Of a stretch of 64,000 nucleotides of DNA, positions 55,397-64,000 are shown in pieces. A model generated the notes under the pieces. The model ran no database searches, was not told the DNA's origin, and was given only the letters and a program-made list of their open reading frames with translations. The translations under genes were made by a program, and so were the position numbers. Numbering within the stretch: position 1 is the first letter of the stretch; every line of letters begins with the position of its first letter. This stretch comes from Octopus vulgaris (lineage: Eukaryota): the NCBI GenBank assembly GCA_951406725.2, contig OX597816.1, positions 164,114,001 to 164,178,000 on the forward strand. The letters are read 5' to 3'.

Positions 55397-55745
55397 GCGT
55401 CTCTGTGTGTGTTTATGTTAATTACTCTGTTAGAGCATGCACATGTACACGTGTGTATGTGTGTGTTTCGTACTGAGCTAAAAGCTAGAATCGCAATAAA
55501 TTAAAAACAATCTTTGTACCAAATGTTCAAAGGTGAAAAACAAACCCCACAGATATGTTTATCGCGAAACCTTTCTATGTTCTTCTGAAAGAGGTGAGGT
55601 TATTTCGAAACCGATAAAATAAGTACCAGATTTTAACGATGCAAGTACTGGGGTCGATGAGTTCCACAAAACCATTCGTCAAGACCGAATCCTACAATGC
55701 CTGCAGTCTAGGAACTGAAACAAGCGAATGATATATAAGATTTTC

Positions 55746-55980
55746 AAGGCGGCGAGCTGGCAGAAACGTTAGCACACCGGGCGAAATGCGTAGCCGTATT
55801 TCTTCTGCCGTGACGTTCTGAGTTCAAATTCCGCCGAGGTCGACTTTGCCTTTCATCCTTTCGGGGTCGATAAATTAAGTACCAGTTACGCACTGGGGTC
55901 GATGTAATCGACTTAATCCGTTTGTCTGTCCTTGTTTATCCTCTCTGTGTTTAGCCCCTGGTGGGTAGTAAAGAAATAGA
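55746..55980 (+). mobile_element. SINE family A, full length, near consensus
   Basis: aaggcggcgagctggcagaaacgttagc ... gtgggtagtaaagaaataga. Confidence 0.93.
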
Positions 55981-56352
55981 TATAAGATTTTCTCGTGCAC
56001 CAAACAATACATTGTGTTCCCGCTTTTTTCTGATGATTGTATCAACTCCAACGTGCCACCAACTTTATATTATACTCTTGACTATGCCACGGACACCCAC
56101 CAAAAAACATACACAGCTGACAAAAATACACGTCCTTGTATATGGACCGATTTGAATACTTCTTTATTTGTGTATATGTACTCATTATCATAACCATCGT
56201 CACGAGTGCATGCATGCATGCATACGTACATACATACATACATACATACATACATACATACATACATACATACATACATACATACATGCATGCACACATA
56301 CATACATACATACATACATACATACATACATACATACATACATACATACATA

Positions 56353-56821
56353 GCTTAAGATCAGTGAAAAAGAGAACACCTATGCTGAACTATTGAGAAA
56401 TCTACAGTTACTCTCTATCTCTGTAGTTCAGGTTTATACCTGTAATTATTGGGATCCTGGGATATGTAACACACTGCCTTAGTACTAATCGTAAGAAATT
56501 AGGCTTCTCAAAACCAGAAAGGAGAAAAGTAATTAGAAGACTACAGATCCAATCCATCACTGGAACTGTAAAAATTTGTAAAAACTTTCCAGAAGTTTAT
56601 CATTTAAGTATATATGAGCATGTCCAGATATGCAACTATATGCATGAGAATACATAGATACATACGTATTACATACATCTATCCACCCATACATACATAC
56701 ATACATACATACAAAAATACCCTGTTGTCGATGTTGAAATTCCAATGAAGGAGCCTTAGATCTAGGTTAGAAACCGCTTCTTTCTCTATTGGCAAGAAAT
56801 CTTGAAATAAACTGAATAATG
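56353..56821 (+). mobile_element. Second R4/Dong-like 3' end in (CATA)n
   Basis: Colinear with 43350-43820; adds FRFIPVIIGILGYV and RRLQIQSITGTVKIC; CATA repeats on both flanks. Confidence 0.78.
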
Positions 56822-57079
56822 ACATACATACATACATACATACACCATCATCATTATCATCACCATCATCATCTCATGACAACTATAATAGGAGCAAGAA
56901 CAGGAAAAAATTTTATTCATCTTAGTTCCTTCTCTCTCTCTATCTCTCTTGCTTTGTGTGTATATGTGTGAATGTGTGTGTATGAGGACACACACACACG
57001 CAAATATATGTATTAATATGTATATACATACATACTTTTGTGTGTATATGTTTGTCAGTGTATACATACACGCAGCTGC

Positions 57080-57165
<86 letters not shown>

Positions 57166-57437
57166 TACAGATTATATCATAAATTATTACATTATTATAT
57201 TATGATATATTATATATTACATTATCGTTATATTACATTATCATCATATTATATTATATTTAATTCTGTCTTTAATTTCTAAATCATAAAATATTCGGTA
57301 TTTTACCTGCAAAACGGAAACCGATGTACGGTAGATCTCTTGGAAAGGTCACCGTAAATCATTTAAACTATTTATCCATAACTTCATTACTAGGAGTAAG
57401 TAATTAATAATCAATATATACGCATACATATACATAC

Positions 57438-57493
<56 letters not shown>

Positions 57494-57497
57494 CACA

Positions 57498-57567
<70 letters not shown>

Positions 57568-58024
57568 TATATATAAAATACTTTTATAATTATTCACGAA
57601 AATCACTTCATTCAGCAATCATTTTTTGTGACACAGGTGGGCTATCACGTGATTTGATCACGTGACAGACTTTTTCTTATACATTTGCTTTTTGTGTTGT
57701 TGTTGTTGTTTTTTCACTCTCCCCCCTCCCCACGCTAATCCAGCTTGACGCCATTACTGCAAGATTAAAAGAAAAAACTTTTCCTTTTTTTGGGTTTTAT
57801 TTTTTTTAATGACTCATAAAATATCCTTTGAACTGTTTCCGGTTGTATAATTGCATTACTTGTCCTAGTTTGGATGTTGTTCATGATGGCCGCCTTTTAA
57901 TTAACAATTAAACTGTTTGCTGTCTGGCTAATTAATTCATTGGTGTTTTTCTATATCCATATATATTTATCATGTATATACATGTATATATATCTATATA
58001 CATACACACACATCTCTCTCTCTC

Positions 58025-58055
<31 letters not shown>

Positions 58056-58068
58056 GGGGCATACATAC

Positions 58069-58099
<31 letters not shown>

Positions 58100-58322
58100 C
58101 ACATATATATTATTTTGTCCGAAGCTCGTGATTCATTCCATTACCAATCAGAATTCTTTTACGTGTGCCTGTGTGTATATGTGTGTGAGTGTATAACTGC
58201 ATACACTCACGGATATATATAAAAAGAAATCTGTGAAATATACATATATACACATATATGCGCTAGTGTCGAAAAGTGAGAATGAGTGCTCAACACCGCA
58301 TTGGCGGGTAAACATTCTGTGT

Positions 58323-58511
58323 TTGCGGGTTAAGAAAACTATCAATGGTTTCATGTAAGAAGGAACCTTAACAATTATCAAGCCTGTCACATGGGAACGT
58401 TCATACTTATCTCCATTTTGGCGACGAGTACCAACGTTCCCATGTGGCAAACTTGATAATTGTTAAGGTTCCTCTACACATGAAACCATTGGTAGCTTTA
58501 TTAACCCACAA
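58323..58511. repeat. Imperfect long inverted repeat (~85-bp arms, ~19-nt spacer), MITE-like foldback
   Basis: caatggtttcatgt..ggaaccttaacaattatcaag..cacatgggaacgtt pairs with aacgttcccatgtg..cttgataattgttaaggttcc..acatgaaaccattg. Confidence 0.9.
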
Positions 58512-60419
58512 GTAAAGTATGCACACACACACACACACGTGGATGCGCGTGCACACACACGTGAATATAAACAAGTGAATGTTCTAAATAGTTGGATGTC
58601 GGAACGGTGAGGCCGATGAGGTTGATATTAAATTTACTTGGCGAAAATATGGTCGTGTGTGGTTCAGCAATCATACCATAGCTCGTGGGAGAAAAAATCT
58701 TTGACAGTCACTTACTTTGTCTTGGAGACGATGTAATGGCTATGGGTACACCTCTTAGAGTATCTGTGCACCTGGAGCAGCAGTAATGTCTAAGATATTT
58801 TAGTTATAACCTAATGTAATTCACTGCTAAGCTTTGTGCAAAACATTCAGGGATGTGGCGTTTCAAACTGTAGAGAGAATGCTGTATTCGCTATGCCATA
58901 TCTGGATAGACGTATAGGAGATCATTACGTATGTTGAGGCCATTACATATGTTTAGGCCATTACGTATGTTGAGTTGGATAGAGTAAGAGGGAGATGAAA
59001 TAATGATTGTTTCGTATTTACAAATTGTTCTTTAGTGCTGTTACAAATGTGTGATATATTGACATCTATGTGTGTGTAAGTAAGTGTATGTGTGTGTACA
59101 GGGAAAGAGTGGTAGGGAATAAGTTGAGTGTATTAAGTACTGCAACCTCTAAAAATAAGAGAAGTCAATAAAATATGTGTGCGTATGTATGTAGATGCGT
59201 GTGGCGGATGGTGGGTGCTGTGTTAACCAGACAAGCAAAGGATTTAAAAGGGCAAGGAATAAAAATCTTAAATCGCTTCAAACTCAAACGGGGAGAAAAG
59301 AGAAAAAAACCCTGTCATGTTCGAAAAAAATAAAGACAACAACAACAACAGCAAAAACAACAACAGAGGCATCTTCACCAACGCCAACAACAAGCACTAT
59401 TGTTACACACATAACATAACCATTCTAACTACAATAACAGCCTTAAACAGCCATGTTTGGAACAAGAGCAATAAAAGCAGGAAAATAAGTGTAAAATTTA
59501 AGCTCAGTATTGGTGGAAATATATTTTCCTTTCAAAATACTTTGTGTATTTTACTTTAACTTATTTCATTTCTTTTTATTCCATTTTTTTTCACCCTTAT
59601 AAGATAATATTTTTCTTCTCTGATCTCCATGCCGACTCTGCGGGTGGTAGCAGACGACAATTTCGTTTTTACTGTTTTTTGTCCATATATACATATATAT
59701 ATACATATAAATATTTTAATACACACACACAAACACATATACACACACACATATATATATATATGTGTGTGTTTATTTTAATCTTCTTCCGCTTTTATGT
59801 CACAAACATGTTACATTTTTCAGCCCTGTTAAAATCACGTGACAAAAGATGGACGCTTTTTTTCAACGATGTTATATACTGCGTCACTTGAAACTAGACT
59901 GAACGAAAATCTTTAAGATTGAAGCCAGAAAAGAGAAGGAAACAAATAATAAAAAAAAAACCCACGTTAAACCAAAAACAAAAACCAAAAAATTATATTA
60001 TTAAACGGAATAGCTTTTAAGAAATTTCTAATGGCAGCTTCCTTGCCGGCAAATTGCAAGCTACGGTAGTAGAAAGAAATTAAATTAAACTTATGCTGCG
60101 ATGTTATTTATTTATTTACCTTCTTTTTATTTATTAATTTATTTATTTAATGTGTGTGTGTGTGTGTGTTTTCTTGGGGGGGGAGTGCAAAGATAGGTGT
60201 GTGTGTCTAACTCGATGGTTAATGGTTTACTTCTTTGCAGACAAACGAAAAAAAAATGGCGTAAAGTACTAGGCAAGGGAATAAAGCGAGGTAAAAAAAA
60301 AAATATGATTTTGACTAAGACACCAAACGAAATAATTTATGTACAAAGAGCGGGTGGTGGTACCGAACAGAACTGTGTTTACACAATATATTACTTGTAC
60401 TTATTTTCCAGACTACAAA

Positions 60420-60550
60420 GAGACCCACTGTGCTGGTTCAATCCCACTGCGCGACATCTTTGGGAAAATGTCTTCTACTATAGCTCCGAGTCGACCGATG
60501 TCGTGCAAGCGAATATGGTTGGCGGAAACTAAGTGGAAACCCATCGTGTA
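60420..60550 (+). mobile_element. SINE family C fragment
   Basis: ggttcaatcccactgcgcgacatctttgggaaaatgtcttctactatagc...ggcggaaactaagtggaaacccatcgt. Confidence 0.75.
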
Positions 60551-60872
60551 TATATATATATACATTAATAATAGAAGGGGAAAATTTATTAATTAAATTA
60601 ATTAATTAATAAATTAATCAATTTAATTAATAATTTTACCAAGTAGATCGGTACGTTAAAATAACCTTTATAGGTAAAATTATCCACATAATTATAATTA
60701 GGGTTCAGCTAATTGCTTCACCACATACCGAACACGACCTGGTCGTGTTGATTCATATAGTTCCAAGGTATGATATAATAAATGCAACCTCTATAACAGA
60801 TTTATAAACAGGGCACACACATATATATATATATATATATTACAGTAATCCCTGTATAATATATATATATTA

Positions 60873-61082
60873 CAGTAATCCCTCGCTGTATCGCGGTTTA
60901 TTATTTAAGCTTACGTCGATTCCTCCGTGGCGTTGATTTGCTTTTGTAACAAAAAAAAACAAAAAAAATACACACAAATTATAAAAATAATGAAAAACGT
61001 ATACTGTGCCGTACTGTTTTTACTTCGCGGATTTTCGCGAGGGTGTGTTTGGAACGTAACACCCTTGATAGTCGAGCGATTA
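60873..61082. mobile_element. Tc1/mariner-pogo (Tigger-like) MITE
   Basis: TA|CAGTAATCCCTCGCTGTATCGCGG at the left; degenerate complement cccttgatagtcgagcgatta|TA at the right; a duplicated stub of the left end at 60843. Confidence 0.75.
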
Positions 61083-61111
61083 TATAAATATATATGTATA
61101 TATATATATAT

Positions 61112-61405
61112 AAATAAATGAAAGAATGGAGTTGAACGACGAATTAACAAAATTCCTTTATTTTATTTTCGACATGCAGCCTTCGAAACATATGTCGAAA
61201 ATAAAATAAAGGAATTTTGTTCATTCGTCGTTCAACTCCATTCTTTCATTTATTTGTATTAAAAAAAAACACACAAATTTCCACACGATAGCACGTGATC
61301 TCTGCCCTAGGCATGTAGCTTCAACCGTGTTTTTCTGACGTGAATTTGCTACCCAGGTGTCGGTTAACCGAATTATCCATAATAAGATAATTCATTCAAC
61401 TACTC
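61112..61405. mobile_element. (TA)n-flanked element beginning with a 64-bp-arm inverted repeat
   Basis: Arms 61112-61175 and 61192-61255 with one mismatch; the spacer/right-arm junction contains GAAAC-ATAT-GTC; the remainder is shared with 23166-23405. Confidence 0.85.
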
Positions 61406-61744
61406 AATTATGTATATATATATATATATGAGTGGTATATTTGTAGACGACTAGGTTCTGATCTATTTCTTTGCTGTATATTAAGAAAATATAAAATGTA
61501 TTTTTCTCTTATACTCTCAGCTCTAGGTTACGCCACTTGCTACATAATACAAAATATATCGACTACACAACATATGCTGCAGCTTTGGGATATTAATTTA
61601 GTTATCGAATGGCAACGTTTCACTTTGTCGATACTCCAAGAATCACATTTGACAAACCACATGCGTAGATCAATGCGTTGCAAATTTTTCTGGGTGTCTT
61701 CATTTGCCATTTTCAGATCAACCAGAAGTAAATTAGTTCTATAA

Positions 61745-62210
61745 AGAAGGCAAAGTCGACACTCAGAACATAAAGAGAGACGATATGCTGCTAAGCGTGC
61801 TAACGATTCTTATTTTTACTCTAGGCACAAGGCCTGGAATTTTAGGAGAGGGCATCGATCGATTAGATCGACCCCAGTACGCAACTAGTACTTAATTTAA
61901 CGACCCCGAAAAAATGAAAGGTAAAGTTTACCTCGGCGGAATTTGAACTCAGAACGTAGCGGCAGACGAAATACCTATTTCTATTTCTTTACTACCCACA
62001 AGGGGCTAAACACAGGGAGGACAAACAAGGACAGACAAACGGATTAAGTCGATTATATCGACTCCAGTGCGTAACTGGTACTTAATTTATCGACCCCGAA
62101 AGGATGAAAGGCAAAGTCAACCTCGGCGGAATTCGAACTCAGAACGTAAAGACAGACGAAATACCGCTAAGCATTGCGCCCAGAGTGCTAACGATTCTGC
62201 CCGCTCGTCA
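61745..62210 (-). mobile_element. SINE family A tandem cluster
   Basis: Head at ~62210; full unit, junction gacgaaatacctatttc at ~61965, then a second unit with the alternative 3' end. Confidence 0.88.
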
Positions 62211-62924
62211 CTCTGCCGCAGTTAAATATTGCTAGGCATTTTGTCCCGATGCTCTTCCGATTCTGTCCATTTCCCCACTTGCTTTTACTGTCTTTAATAT
62301 TAAATTAAAACGTTCGCCGAGAAGAAAGATGGCGAATGGAGGTTTGCTGTCGGTTAATTTGAGAAGTCGGAGAAGAGTGGAACAAAACCTTTTTTAGAAA
62401 GAAAAACGACAACGAAGAGAAGAGGGTGAGGAGGAGGAGGAGGAGGAGGAATATTGAGTGAAGGGGAGAGGGAAGAGGATTAACTGTGCTATTGTTTGGC
62501 AACGGTGGTGATGTTGGCGGCGGTTCATTGATAATGGATGTAAGCAGGAACTGGCAGTTTCGTTCGGAGCAAATAGAATGATGACAATGAAAATTAAATA
62601 GATGAACTTGATAAAGAGAGAGAGAGAGAGAGAGAGTGAGAGGGGGGAGGAAGAGAGCGAAGAAAGTGGTAGAAGTGTTGTGCTGTAGAGTGAGACATGA
62701 TATAATGTTCATTGAGACCGATTGAAAGAAGTCGTAGAAAAATGTCTTTTAATGAATACAGGTGACCTGAAACCTTCGTAGAACAAGTGATGCCTCCTTG
62801 AAAAAGCAGGATTTCAAGGTTTGTGCCGGAAATTCTTTTCACTCTCTCACAACCAACACACATACACACACACAGTAACTCTCTGTCTCAGTCTCTGTCT
62901 CTCTCTCTCTCTCTCATAAATACA

Positions 62925-63325
62925 TATGCACACATAGACAACACAGACAGCCGTGTAACAACAGAATATGAATGGCCAAGTGGTTTAAGAAGTTCGTTTT
63001 CCATCACCGAAAAACCGAGTTCGATCCGACTGAGTGACGTCTTAAGGATATTTTTTTTTAGTCATTTTTTTTTATCATACCTTGAATGCAGAAATAGCTG
63101 GTGGCTAAGATGTTCGTTTCGCAATATGCACACATAGACAACACAGACAACCGTGTAGCAACAGAATATGAATGGCCAAGTGGTTTAAGAAGTTCGTTTT
63201 CCATCGCCGAAAAACCGAGTTCGATCCGACTGCAAAGATATGTTTTTTTTAGTCATTGGTTTTTTTTTTTTAATCATAGCCTAAATGCAGAAATAGCTGG
63301 TGGCTAAAATGTTCGCTTCGCAATC
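62925..63325 (+). repeat. ~200-bp tandem duplication containing degenerate tRNA-like SINE heads
   Basis: atatgcacacatagacaacacagaca..tggccaagtggtttaagaagttcg..gagttcgatccgactg..gcagaaatagctggtggctaa occurs twice. Confidence 0.88.
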
Positions 63326-63659
63326 GTGTGAATCCCAAGTTCACACAGTGGCATTAAAGATAAAATATATTTTACTATAGTCTCCAATGAATCTGGAATA
63401 TCCTAAAACCAAAAGCTTGACCCGAATGCTTGCAACAGAATAGATTGAGCCAAAAGTACCCAAGGTACCAGACGGCTGTATCAAACCGGATTAAGTCTCC
63501 CATTCATGTAGATCATGTTAGGATTTGAACTCAGAACGTAGATATCGCAAATTATACAGTCCAACGTTATTTACTGTTCTGCTAATCGACCACCGAGGAG
63601 GTTTTTTTGTTCCCCCACACCCCACCCCAAAAGGACGGGAAACGAAGTTGACCTCGGTG

Positions 63660-63955
63660 ATCGTGAAATCGTGAGTTCGACCCCTAGCGGCGCGTTGTGT
63701 CCCTGAGCAAGGCACTTTATTTCACGTTGCTCCAGTTCACTCAGCAATGCAAAAATGAGTTGTGCATGTAACTGAAAGGGCCAGCCTAGTCACATTTCTG
63801 TATCACACTGAATCTCCCTGAGAACTACGTTAAGGGGACGAGTGTTTGTGGAGTACTCGGCCACTTGCGCGTTAATATCACAAGCAAGCTGTTCGGTTAA
63901 TTCGGTTAATCGTATCAACTGAAACATTCATCATTGTAATCGATGGGGTGCCAGT
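63660..63955 (+). mobile_element. Older SINE with CORE-like motif and tail type 2
   Basis: gtgagttcgacccc..gcgttgtgtccctgagcaaggcactt..gagaactacgttaagggg..gatggggtgcc resembles 33660-33835. Confidence 0.8.
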
Positions 63956-64000
63956 CGACCCCAGGGCGTTATTGCCAAGAAATTGTATAATTTATAGATA

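Overview
Eukaryotic, AT-rich, gene-poor DNA saturated with microsatellites ((TA)n, (CA)n, (CATA)n, (GATA)n, (AAT)n, (GA)n, (CAC)n). The composition and the three recurring tRNA-derived SINE families suggest a cephalopod (Octopus-like) intergenic or intronic region; this is an inference. No host protein-coding exon can be supported, and almost all listed ORFs are microsatellite translations. Supported content: about 25 SINE copies in three families (A, B, C); a CR1/L2-type LINE 3' end; two 3' ends of an R4/Dong-like restriction-endonuclease LINE embedded in (CATA)n tracts; a non-autonomous Helitron; hAT- and pogo/Tigger-type MITEs; a 5'-truncated tRNA-Pro(TGG); two long foldback palindromes; and several local duplications. 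The most notable signal is a set of Penelope-like/retrozyme-like modules in or next to (TA)n or (TATG)n tracts. They carry minimal type-I hammerhead ribozyme folds, some canonical and some with variant cores (CUGUUGA, CCGAUGA) that keep covarying stems. One is linked to a GIY-YIG C-terminal peptide (LRSYTPFGLN). All comparisons were made by eye.
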